52,553 bases of DNA from an uncultured Gammaproteobacteria bacterium (GCA_964635045.1 CAZWMJ010000005.1:1-52553), one strand, 5' to 3'. Shown: positions 9,799 through 17,684, numbered from the stretch's first letter. Notes: generated from the letters alone by a model not told the origin. Made by a program: numbers and translations.

Positions 9799-11463
9799 TT
9801 AGCTAAATTTTTTATTGAGATAATTTACCAGTCTTCTTAGTCCTTGACGCAATACATCGTCTTCGCAGCCAAACGAGATGCGGATGTGATTTTCTCCGCC
9901 CGGCCCAAAAGGCGAGCCGGGAACAACCGCCACTTTGGCTTGTTTTATTAGCTCAACAGCAAATTTTCTATCGTCAACAGGTTTGGTAATTTTGGGAAAA
10001 GCATAATAGGCGCCCTGTATGGGAGTAGATTGTAAAAATGGCGTCTTGGCTAATTCTTCCTCCACAATTTTTCTTCGCCGCACGTAAGCCTTTTTATACT
10101 CATCATAAACATTTTTGCCCTCAAGTGCTGAAAGAGCCGCGTATTGGGATGGGGCGGCGGGACAGGTAACAATGGCATCATGAACCTTAAAAATTCTGTC
10201 GATAAGTGGTTGACTGGCTACAATATAGCCGATTCTCCAGCCGGTCATGGCGTATGATTTGGAAACTCCAAAAACCGAGATGATTTTACTGCCGGCGCTA
10301 TGAAGGCTGGCAATACTGACATGTTTTTTTCCGTCGTAAACAAAATTTTCATACATTTCATCGGAGATGATAATTAAATCGTGTTTACGGGCTATTTTTA
10401 TAATATCGGTCAGTTCCTTTTTACTATAAACTTTGCCTGTTGGATTGCTGGGATTGCAAATCACTATGGCCCGCGTTTGGGGGGTGATGGCTTTTTCCAA
10501 AGATTCGGTATTTAACAGCCACCCCTCTTTAGTTTCTTCCATAGGCACATAAATAGGCGAGCGGCCGCGCAAAGCAATCCTTATTTGTGTAATATGTGGA
10601 TTGTAATTGGGCGATGGCATTAAGATATCATCCTGCGGATCAAGAATGCTTAAGAAAATTGCCATCATTGCTTCCATTGCGCCGTGGGCGACAATTACTT
10701 GAGAAGGGGAAACAGCGATGCCGTTATCCCGTTTGACCTTTTTGGCAATTGCCGCCCGCAGTGGTTCAATCCCATAGCCGGCCGTATATTTATCGGTGAG
10801 ATTTTGGTCCATTGCCCGCTTGACTGCCTGTTTTATATGAGCGGACGTGAAAAAGGATGGAGTTCCCTGAGCCAGAGAAATAACGTCCTTATTCTGTTTG
10901 GCTAATAACTCTATCTGTTTTATGACGGAAACCTCAATGGTGGAAGTAACATGCGGACTATCCACCTTCTTGGTTGGCTCTTTCTCCAAAGCAATTCTGC
11001 CCGAGCGAACAACATCCTCAATACCAAATGGTACAAGCTTAGATCTTAGATGATCAATCTCCTCTTCGGTACCTGTCTTTTCTACAATGACATAGTTTTT
11101 GCCTCTATGTGTAATATTGCTCCCTGTGCGGTAAGCAATATGCTGAATGTCCTGGGCTTCTTTCGGGCTTTTGTCTTTTACCTTAAAAAGGGCAATTTCT
11201 TTGAAAATAAGGTCTTTGTCGCCGTGCGCATGCACACTTAGCACCTCAATAATTCTTTGCAGTTGATTGGTGATTTTAGCGATAATTTCGGGATTTTCTT
11301 TGACCGCAATGGTAAAGCGCGAAACGTGTTTTTCTTCGATTTCCGAAACAGTCAGACTTTCAATATTGATTTTGCGTCTAAGAAACTGATTGGCGATATG
11401 ATACAAAACGCCCGGCCTATTTTCGGAAAATACGGTTATTGTTGTTGTTTGTTTTTGTTCCAT
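9799..11463 (-). CDS. ilvH: acetolactate synthase regulatory subunit (ACT domains) fused to a class I PLP aminotransferase
   Basis: aa 1-160: ENRPGVLYHIANQFLRRKINIESLTV and VVRSGRIAL. C-terminal part: QGTP, CNPSNPTG, SDEMY, SKSYAMTGWRIG (PLP lysine) and PGSPFG. Confidence 0.9.
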   Translation of the reverse strand: MEQKQTTTITVFSENRPGVLYHIANQFLRRKINIESLTVSEIEEKHVSRFTIAVKENPEIIAKITNQLQRIIEVLSVHAHGDKDLIFKEIALFKVKDKSPKEAQDIQHIAYRTGSNITHRGKNYVIVEKTGTEEEIDHLRSKLVPFGIEDVVRSGRIALEKEPTKKVDSPHVTSTIEVSVIKQIELLAKQNKDVISLAQGTPSFFTSAHIKQAVKRAMDQNLTDKYTAGYGIEPLRAAIAKKVKRDNGIAVSPSQVIVAHGAMEAMMAIFLSILDPQDDILMPSPNYNPHITQIRIALRGRSPIYVPMEETKEGWLLNTESLEKAITPQTRAIVICNPSNPTGKVYSKKELTDIIKIARKHDLIIISDEMYENFVYDGKKHVSIASLHSAGSKIISVFGVSKSYAMTGWRIGYIVASQPLIDRIFKVHDAIVTCPAAPSQYAALSALEGKNVYDEYKKAYVRRRKIVEEELAKTPFLQSTPIQGAYYAFPKITKPVDDRKFAVELIKQAKVAVVPGSPFGPGGENHIRISFGCEDDVLRQGLRRLVNYLNKKFS

Positions 11464-11467
11464 ATGC

Positions 11468-13153
11468 TTACTCCAAAACTATTTCATCGCAGGCAGCACC
11501 TGATGGTACCATCGGAAAAACATTTTCTTCTTTCTCGCAGACCACCTCAAGCAAGTACGCCTCTTTTGCCGAAAGAAGTTTATCTATTTCTCCATTAAGT
11601 TTTGAGCGCTTATCAACTGATTGGGCCTTAATATAAAAGCCTTTGGCAACAGCCACAAAATCAGGATTTTTTAAGTCCACAAATGAGTAGCGCTTTTCAA
11701 AAAAAAGCTGCTGCCACTGGCGGACCATGCCAAGAAAGTTATTATTCAGTATAACTATTTTTAGCGGGATTTGGTCCTGGGCAATGGTTGCCAGCTCTTG
11801 AACGGTCATTTGAAACCCTCCATCGCCGATAACTACGATGACCTGTCGATTGGGAGAGGCGATTTTAGCGCCAACGCCGGCCGGCAGGGCAAATCCCATT
11901 GTCCCCAATCCGCCCGATGTGATAAAACTATTCGGTTTTACAAAATTATAGTAGCGCGCCGCTATCATTTGGTTCTGGCCAACGTCTGCCACAATAATTG
12001 CTTCTCCTTTTGTTTTTTCCGAAAGGAGTTGTACCACTTGTACCATTTTTATCTCATCATGCTTTGACAGCATTTCCTTTTTGGTCACTTTTTCGTATTC
12101 GATTTGATCGTATTTTCGAAACTGCGACAGCCAGCCGTCGTGAGTATTTTTCTTTATTATTGGCAAAAGCTTTGAGAGTGCTTGCTTGGCGTCGGCGTTT
12201 ATAGCCACATCGGCCTTAACATTTTTATTAAGTTCGGCGCTGTCAATATCTATGTGTATTATTTTTGCCTGCCTTGCGTAATCGTCAACTTTGCCGGTCA
12301 CTCTATCGTCGAAACGCATCCCTACAGCCAAAATCACATCAGCTTTGTTAGTCAAAATGTTTGCTCCATAGCGTCCATGCATGCCCAAAAGCCCCACATA
12401 TAATGGGTGATTGGCCGGCATGGCAGAAAGTCCGTGCAGTGTTGTGCCAACAGCAATGCCGCTTTTTTCAGCAAATGCCAACACTTCTTTCTCAGCATGA
12501 GCAATAAGAATGCCATGACCTATCAGCATAAATGGCCTTTTTGCCTTATTTATAAGCTGTGCCGCCTTTTTAAGATCATTTTGACTTATCGAATAGGTCG
12601 GATTATAACCTGGAATTTTTATTGCTTTTTGCGGTTTATAATCAAAAGTTTCAATTTGCGCATTTTTGGTGATATCAATTACCACCGGTCCGGGTCTGCC
12701 CGAGCCGGCTATAAAAAATGCTTTTTTAAGAATGTACGGAATTTCCGAAGCGTTGGTTATTTGATAATTCCATTTTGCAATAGGCGTTGTTATTCCAATA
12801 ACATCTGTTTCCTGGAAAGCATCCGTGCCAACTAAGTGCGCTGTCACCTGCCCGCTTATAAAAACCACCGGCACCGAATCCAGCATGGCATCGGCAATGC
12901 CCGTAACTAAGTTGGTGGCGCCCGGACCGGAGGTCACCAACACCACTCCCGGTTTGCCTGTTATTCGGGCGTATCCTTCGGCGGCATGTGCCGCCCCCTG
13001 TTCATGCCGCACCAAAATATGGCGTATTTGTTTATTATAGTCGTACAGCGCATCGTATACAGGCATGATAGCGCCTCCCGGATAGCCAAAAATTACTTTT
13101 ACTCCTTCGTTAACGAGCGATTTACAAACAGCTTGCGCTCCTGTTATTTTCAT
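11468..13153 (-). CDS. ilvB: acetolactate synthase catalytic subunit
   Basis: FGYPGGA, RHEQGAAHAA, TSGPGATN, SGGLGTMG and GDGGFQM...NN ThDP motif. Confidence 0.97.
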   Translation of the reverse strand: MKITGAQAVCKSLVNEGVKVIFGYPGGAIMPVYDALYDYNKQIRHILVRHEQGAAHAAEGYARITGKPGVVLVTSGPGATNLVTGIADAMLDSVPVVFISGQVTAHLVGTDAFQETDVIGITTPIAKWNYQITNASEIPYILKKAFFIAGSGRPGPVVIDITKNAQIETFDYKPQKAIKIPGYNPTYSISQNDLKKAAQLINKAKRPFMLIGHGILIAHAEKEVLAFAEKSGIAVGTTLHGLSAMPANHPLYVGLLGMHGRYGANILTNKADVILAVGMRFDDRVTGKVDDYARQAKIIHIDIDSAELNKNVKADVAINADAKQALSKLLPIIKKNTHDGWLSQFRKYDQIEYEKVTKKEMLSKHDEIKMVQVVQLLSEKTKGEAIIVADVGQNQMIAARYYNFVKPNSFITSGGLGTMGFALPAGVGAKIASPNRQVIVVIGDGGFQMTVQELATIAQDQIPLKIVILNNNFLGMVRQWQQLFFEKRYSFVDLKNPDFVAVAKGFYIKAQSVDKRSKLNGEIDKLLSAKEAYLLEVVCEKEENVFPMVPSGAACDEIVLE

Positions 13154-13156
13154 AAG

Positions 13157-14086
13157 TTATACCTTTATTTTTGTGCACCACTTCTCATACTTTTTTTCCC
13201 TTCCATAAACGATGGAAAAATAAAGCTGCTGAAGTTTTGCCGTAATGGGACCCCGTTTCCCATCGCCGATGGTACGGTTATCGACCTTGGCAATCCAGGC
13301 CACTTGTACGCCGGTTCCGCTAAAGAATGCTTCATCGGCAATATAAAGCTCCGTTCTATCAATTGTTCGGACTTGTGTTTTAATACCCAAATCCTCTGCC
13401 AGTTGTAAAATAGTGCGTCTGGTTATTCCTTCAAGAATATCATCAGTTACGGGCGGGGTTAGCAAAACGCCGTCCCGCACCACAAAAATATTTTCGGCAG
13501 AACCCTCAGACAGATGACCGTCTTCTGTCAGCATGATCGCCTCGTCAAAACCCAGCTTTGTGGCTTCCTGCCGGGCAAGGGCGGAATTTATGTAGGAGCC
13601 GGAAATTTTGCCGCGGGCGGGAATAGCGTTGTCGGAAATTCGCCTCCACGATGACACCATGGCCGAAAGACCCTTATCAACCGGTAGGTATTCGCCAAGA
13701 GGCATCATATAAAGCGCGAATTCAAAGGCGGCGTCTCTTTCAAGGTTGGGCGATAGATTAGTACTGCCGGCGTAGGCAAAAGGCCGCATATAGGTATCGG
13801 TGGCCGGCTTATTGTTTTTAACAAGTTCAAGGGTAATCTTTTTGAGCTGCGCCTCATCGTATGGTATGTGCGTTCCTATAATCTTCAAAGAAGAAAGAAA
13901 CCGTTTGTAGTGATCTTCTATTCGAAACAGAGATAAATATTTACCCTTTTTATTATAGTATCCCCTAATACCGCCGAACACACCCGTGCCATATTGCAGG
14001 GCGTTAGTCATAATAGGAACATTGGCGTCCTCCGTTTTGACAACTTTGCCTTGAAAAAATATATGTGGAAAATATTCGCTTTTCAT
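13157..14086 (-). CDS. ilvE: branched-chain amino acid aminotransferase
   Basis: LQYGTGVFGGIRGY, GKISGSYINS, SEGSAEN and ILEGITR motifs; start moved to ATG 14086, downstream of the terminator. Confidence 0.95.
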   Translation of the reverse strand: MKSEYFPHIFFQGKVVKTEDANVPIMTNALQYGTGVFGGIRGYYNKKGKYLSLFRIEDHYKRFLSSLKIIGTHIPYDEAQLKKITLELVKNNKPATDTYMRPFAYAGSTNLSPNLERDAAFEFALYMMPLGEYLPVDKGLSAMVSSWRRISDNAIPARGKISGSYINSALARQEATKLGFDEAIMLTEDGHLSEGSAENIFVVRDGVLLTPPVTDDILEGITRRTILQLAEDLGIKTQVRTIDRTELYIADEAFFSGTGVQVAWIAKVDNRTIGDGKRGPITAKLQQLYFSIVYGREKKYEKWCTKIKV

Positions 14087-14089
14087 ACT

Positions 14090-14114
14090 AAAAACCCGCC
14101 CATACGGCGGGAAG
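14090..14114 (-). terminator. attenuator terminator hairpin
   Basis: Minus strand CCCGCC-GTATG-GGCGGG followed by TTTTT. Confidence 0.85.
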
Positions 14115-14149
14115 ATTTGTTGCCTTGCCAACTGGCGCACCTCCCGCCC
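14090..14149 (-). promoter_or_regulatory. transcription attenuator with mutually exclusive antiterminator and terminator
   Basis: GGCGGGAGG just after the leader stop pairs with CTTCCCGCC (9 bp, one G:U), the 5' arm of the terminator. Confidence 0.8.
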
Positions 14150-14197
14150 TTAGCGAGTAACGAGAAGAACAACAATTGACAAACTTATGTTAGTCAT
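14150..14197 (-). CDS. ilv/leu leader peptide MTNISLSIVVLLVTR (15 aa)
   Basis: ATG ACT AAC ATA AGT TTG TCA ATT GTT GTT CTT CTC GTT ACT CGC TAA; run of I-V-V-L-L-V codons; below the ORF-track cutoff. Confidence 0.85.
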   Translation of the reverse strand: MTNISLSIVVLLVTR

Positions 14198-14206
14198 GTA
14201 AATACT

Positions 14207-14235
14207 ATTGTAGTACACTTTTTTTGAAAAAGCAA
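14207..14235 (-). promoter_or_regulatory. sigma70 promoter of the ilv operon
   Basis: TTGCTT (14235-14230), 17 nt, TACAAT (14212-14207); TACTA-CAA-TAGTA palindrome over the -10. Confidence 0.7.
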
Positions 14236-14236
14236 G

Positions 14237-14884
14237 TTATCCGGTTTGGGATGCTAAAACACGTTCGTTGGACAAGCCGAAGGTGGTGCCGTGCTTTTTG
14301 AACATACTCCAATATTGTTTTTGTTTTTTCTTGCTTTTGAACATGGATAGCCATGAAGTAGCGTCTTCAATTCTCATTCGGGCGTGTTTTACAAAATTCA
14401 ATAGCCACGCGAAAAAGTTTTCATGATAAGCGCCTATTTTTGCCGGAATTTGTTCTACCACTATTTGTTTGTAGGTAATTTGAAGTTCCTGAGATTTTGA
14501 GATAAGCACTCTTAACTCAAAAAGAATCTCCTGAATTTTTTGTGTAACGCTTTGGTCTTTTTCTCTCTCAATTCTTTCTCCCGCATGCAAAATTTCCCGT
14601 CTGTAGTCAATGCCCGGTTCCACATTCCAGGCCTTTTTTTCGGAACGTTTTTCCGCCAGTTGGCTTAAATTTAATTCCTGTCCTTCCAAAAGATCTCCGC
14701 CACTGCGCGTTCCGTCACTGCGTTCATGTCCTCCTAACATTTGATTCCAAATACTATTTACCGATTCTTTGGCAAAATCAGAAGTAAAAGATCGGGCAAC
14801 TGCGCCGGGAATAGACTTTACATTCTCAAAAGAGTCTTGCTCGACAAGTCTTTCTGTTTTTACTTTTGTTTTATTACTTTTCAT
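14237..14884 (-). CDS. conserved Microgenomates hypothetical protein (DUF5660-like)
   Basis: C-terminal YWSMFKKHGTTFGLSNER and GIDYRREI motifs; family name from recall. Confidence 0.6.
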   Translation of the reverse strand: MKSNKTKVKTERLVEQDSFENVKSIPGAVARSFTSDFAKESVNSIWNQMLGGHERSDGTRSGGDLLEGQELNLSQLAEKRSEKKAWNVEPGIDYRREILHAGERIEREKDQSVTQKIQEILFELRVLISKSQELQITYKQIVVEQIPAKIGAYHENFFAWLLNFVKHARMRIEDATSWLSMFKSKKKQKQYWSMFKKHGTTFGLSNERVLASQTG

Positions 14885-14898
14885 TATGGGTTACAATA

Positions 14899-15738
14899 TC
14901 ACAAATTTTTCAGAAAATCAAGTGTTTTTTGCTGACGCAAGATACCGGCCAAAAGATATCTGTTTGCTTCAAGGGCTTTTCTCTCTCCAGCGCTTTTGCC
15001 TTTTTGGACAGCTTCTTCGATTTCTTTATCATTTACCGTAATATGTTCATCCTCGGCAATTTTTTGCAGAGCAAATTCCAGTTTAAGATCGCCCTCCGCT
15101 TTTCTTTGATATTCGTCCCTAAGAGACTGAGGCGTTCTTCCGGATGAAGAAAGATACTGATCAAGGCTAAGGCCTAATTTTTTAACGTCGTCCAATGTTT
15201 GCGACAAAAGTCTTTCCACCTGCTGATCAAGAAGAATTTGAGGAACAACGACAGTCAGACCCCCTATAAGAGCGGCAATAATATCTTCAAACTTTGTCGG
15301 TAGAGGCTCCTTGCCCGGGACAATAATTTTACTTTTGGCTGTGACCGTTTGAATATTTTTTTTATAATCTCCAAGTTGAATTTCGGGGGTCTCGCAGGTT
15401 AACGCATAAAATTGCCAATCGCGCGGGGAAGTGATGGGATCATCCAGTTTCTCTACGTGAATTTTAGGAGTAATAATGGGTTTAATCGAATGTTCTTTGA
15501 TAGCCTCCAAATAATACTGAGGAAGCAGTTTTTTGAGCACTTCTTCTTTTACTTCTTCCCGATTTATTTTTTCCTCGGCAATTTTTTTTGGGGCCTTACC
15601 TTTTCTAAAACCGGGAACTGAGAGCGATTTAGCCTTTTTTACCAGCTCTTCTTCGAACGCCTTTTTTACGGCGTCATTGGGAATTGTTACGGTCAATTTT
15701 ACTGTCCCGTCTGATAATTTTTGCAATGCAGATATCAT
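14899..15738 (-). CDS. tig: trigger factor, short form (ribosome-binding plus C domain, no PPIase)
   Basis: GFRKGKAP signature; 279 aa; start moved to ATG 15738, outside the tRNA. Confidence 0.85.
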   Translation of the reverse strand: MISALQKLSDGTVKLTVTIPNDAVKKAFEEELVKKAKSLSVPGFRKGKAPKKIAEEKINREEVKEEVLKKLLPQYYLEAIKEHSIKPIITPKIHVEKLDDPITSPRDWQFYALTCETPEIQLGDYKKNIQTVTAKSKIIVPGKEPLPTKFEDIIAALIGGLTVVVPQILLDQQVERLLSQTLDDVKKLGLSLDQYLSSSGRTPQSLRDEYQRKAEGDLKLEFALQKIAEDEHITVNDKEIEEAVQKGKSAGERKALEANRYLLAGILRQQKTLDFLKNL

Positions 15739-15744
15739 ATCAAG

Positions 15745-15825
15745 TGCGGGCGGAGGGATTTGAACCCCCACGAGTTTCCTCACAAGGTTCTAAACCTTGC
15801 GTGTCTGCCATTTCACCACGCCCGC
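15745..15825 (-). tRNA. tRNA-Leu(TAG)
   Basis: GCGGGCG acceptor, CAAGG-TTTAGAA-CCTTG anticodon arm, long variable arm, GGTTCAAATCC. Confidence 0.95.
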
Positions 15826-15858
15826 CCACCTTTGCGCGCTTGATGCAGTATACACGAT

Positions 15859-16416
15859 TTATAAAGAAATGTGAAGTGCGCTTGAAGGGTTATTTTCGGC
15901 AAATCGGTCTATTTTGTTTATTGTGCCTTCAACTCTTTGCGCCCACGTGGGAGAGGCGGAGTATATTCTGCCAATGGAATACACATCTTCGACTTTCCAC
16001 GAGTTAATATACTGTTCGCGCAGCCCTTTGGAGACAACTTCAATGCCTTCGTCAAACGAAGAAAATCGAATGACATTGTCTCCATATATACCCCATCCCC
16101 ACGCATTGTATGAATTGGTAGGAATTTGTTGGCCATAGGTTGACTCAATAGCCGAGATAGCCACCAGCAGTTTCCAGTCAAGTTGATATTTATCGGCGAC
16201 TTTTACAAATGTTTCGGCAGAAGGAGTCAGCGGCGAATCGTATTGTTTAAGATATTGTGTAAGTATTTTTGCGCGGACGTCTTCTTTCATAACAGGAGAA
16301 GCAGGCATGAGAACAGCAGATGAACCTGATGCTTTTTGCTCGGCGTATATTTTCTGTGGATTTAAAATTGAGATAGATATGATGACAAACAAAGTTATTG
16401 CAACTTTTATCTGCAT
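15859..16416 (-). CDS. membrane-anchored lysozyme-like/glucosaminidase-domain protein
   Basis: N-terminal TM; DWKLLVAISAIESTYG and YNAWGWG; paralog of 16515-17069; start moved to ATG 16416. Confidence 0.65.
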   Translation of the reverse strand: MQIKVAITLFVIISISILNPQKIYAEQKASGSSAVLMPASPVMKEDVRAKILTQYLKQYDSPLTPSAETFVKVADKYQLDWKLLVAISAIESTYGQQIPTNSYNAWGWGIYGDNVIRFSSFDEGIEVVSKGLREQYINSWKVEDVYSIGRIYSASPTWAQRVEGTINKIDRFAENNPSSALHISL

Positions 16417-16418
16417 AT

Positions 16419-16460
16419 AAAAAAATCCTAACGTACGCCGTTTATGACATACCTTAGGAT
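16419..16460 (-). terminator. terminator-like hairpin with U-tract occupying the 5' UTR
   Basis: ATCCTAA-G-GTATGTC-ATAAAC-GGCGTAC-G-TTAGGAT then TTTTTT; ends 2 nt before ATG 16416. Confidence 0.6.
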
Positions 16461-16469
16461 CTGATAGGG

Positions 16470-16498
16470 ATTGTATCACATAACTATAGGTTTGTCAA
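16470..16498 (-). promoter_or_regulatory. sigma70 promoter
   Basis: TTGACA (16498-16493), 17 nt, TACAAT (16475-16470). Confidence 0.75.
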
Positions 16499-16514
16499 GT
16501 CCTTTACTATGGGG

Positions 16515-17069
16515 TTATAGCTGATTCATGAAGTGAGTGACGCCTCTTGCCCAACTGCCGTCGCTTGGAGGAGTGTAAACCTTCATTATTTGCTCAGGCG
16601 TTTCCAAACCTTTTTGTTTGTATTCCTTTGCCAGCGTCTTTGTTACAATATCTATCCCTTCCTGATAACTTTGAAATTTTCTTACTTTGTTGCCATAAAT
16701 ACCAAATCCCCAGCAATTGTATGAGCCTAATGGAGCTTTTTTACACAAGTTAGATTCTTGCATTGCAATGGCAGGCAGAAGACGAAAATCAATGCCATAG
16801 AGCTCGGCGGCATCTATTATATTTTGAGCATAAGGTTGAAGAGGAGACTGGTATTTGGCAAAAAATTCACTAATTGACTCCAAGCGATTATCTTTTCCAA
16901 CCACATCGCTTGTCAGAACATTTTGTGTGGCCGGTAAGGCGGCGAAGGCAATACTTTTTGGCGCATCGTTATTCTGTTTATACGACAGAAAAAGAAAATA
17001 AGTCAGAGTGAAAACAAAAACAATCGGCGCTAAAAGTACAAAAGTTACGAGCAGGTATAGCCTTTGCAT
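16515..17069 (-). CDS. membrane-anchored lysozyme-like/glucosaminidase-domain protein
   Basis: N-terminal TM; IDFRLLPAIAMQESNL and YNCWGFG. Confidence 0.65.
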   Translation of the reverse strand: MQRLYLLVTFVLLAPIVFVFTLTYFLFLSYKQNNDAPKSIAFAALPATQNVLTSDVVGKDNRLESISEFFAKYQSPLQPYAQNIIDAAELYGIDFRLLPAIAMQESNLCKKAPLGSYNCWGFGIYGNKVRKFQSYQEGIDIVTKTLAKEYKQKGLETPEQIMKVYTPPSDGSWARGVTHFMNQL

Positions 17070-17157
17070 GAATAATTCATCCTCGCATACTTTCGCTCTG
17101 TTGTCAAGTTTTCAAGGCTATGATAGAATTAGAATATAGGTGTATGGGCATGTGGCG

Positions 17158-17190
17158 CCCCACAAATCCGCCAGCTGGCGGATAGCGGGG
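17158..17190. repeat. perfect 18-bp palindrome nested in a CCCCAC...GCGGGG hairpin
   Basis: atccgccagctggcggat at 17166-17183, upstream of the tRNA cluster. Confidence 0.7.
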
Positions 17191-17209
17191 TAAAGAATTG
17201 TTATATAAC

Positions 17210-17296
17210 GCGGACGTGGCGGAATGGTAGACGCGATAGGTTCAGGACCTATTGACCCAAAAGGTCATGGGGGTTCAACTCCCTTCGTCCGCACCA
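17210..17296 (+). tRNA. tRNA-Leu(CAG)
   Basis: GCGGACG acceptor, ATAGG-TTCAGGA-CCTAT, long variable arm, ends ACCA. Confidence 0.95.
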
Positions 17297-17317
17297 CTTC
17301 GACAGGTTTAGTGTAAG
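17295..17317 (+). repeat. tRNA-abutting repeat (CACTTCG...CAGTGTAA family), degenerate copy
   Basis: cacttcgacaggtttagtgtaag overlaps the CCA of tRNA-Leu(CAG). Confidence 0.6.
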
Positions 17318-17320
17318 CAA

Positions 17321-17403
17321 GGGTCGGTGGCGGAACTTGGTATACGCGCATGCTTGAGGTGCATGTCCCGCAAGGGGTGGAGGTTCAACTCCTCTCCGAC
17401 CCA
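17321..17403 (+). tRNA. tRNA-Leu(GAG)
   Basis: GGGTCGG acceptor, CATGC-TTGAGGT-GCATG, long variable arm. Confidence 0.95.
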
Positions 17404-17404
17404 C

Positions 17405-17486
17405 ATCTGCAAAGCAGATTTCTGATATTTCATGTTTACATTTTAAAAAGCTTAAAATTGAAAAGTAAAAATTCTGCTCTGCAGAA
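17405..17486 (+). mobile_element. 82-bp internally deleted (MITE-like) derivative of the GIY-YIG element at 23128-23436
   Basis: Ends ATCTGC-AAA-GCAGAT and TTCTGC-TCT-GCAGAA; interior 17425-17457 reads (I)FHVYILKSLK, a GIY-YIG N-terminus. Confidence 0.75.
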
Positions 17487-17561
17487 GGTCGATTAGCTCA
17501 ATGGTAGAGCGCTTCGTTTACATCGAAGATGTTGGGGGTTCGAGTCCCTCATCGACCACCA
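17487..17561 (+). tRNA. tRNA-Val(TAC)
   Basis: GGTCGAT acceptor, CTTCG-TTTACAT-CGAAG, ends ACCA. Confidence 0.96.
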
Positions 17562-17583
17562 TTTGTTGTATAATAAAGGTCCT

Positions 17584-17656
17584 GCCGAAGTTGCCAATGT
17601 GGTCAAGGCGTCCGCCTGAAGAGCGGATTATCGGTGTTCGATTCACCGCTTCGGCA
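17584..17656 (+). tRNA. tRNA-Phe(GAA)
   Basis: GCCGAAG acceptor, TCCGC-CTGAAGA-GCGGA, CGGTG-TTCGATT-CACCG; atypical GCC/GGC D-stem. Confidence 0.88.
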
Positions 17657-17684
17657 CCCGCCAAAAATTGAATATTTGGGCGGG
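17657..17684. repeat. spacer hairpin joining tRNA-Phe and tRNA-Gly
   Basis: cccgcc-aaaaattgaatatttg-ggcggg; starts right after the Phe discriminator and its last G is +1 of tRNA-Gly. Confidence 0.6.

Noticed and set aside
14087-14140. 18-aa N-terminal extension of IlvE
   Set aside because: It runs through the attenuator hairpins; ATG 14086 follows the terminator.
14090-14235. T-box or riboswitch upstream of ilvE
   Set aside because: There is no T-box consensus or stem I and too little space; the leader-peptide model explains the region.
16425-16460. Fluoride riboswitch (CATAAAC loop)
   Set aside because: There is no GATGG 5' motif or pseudoknot partner.
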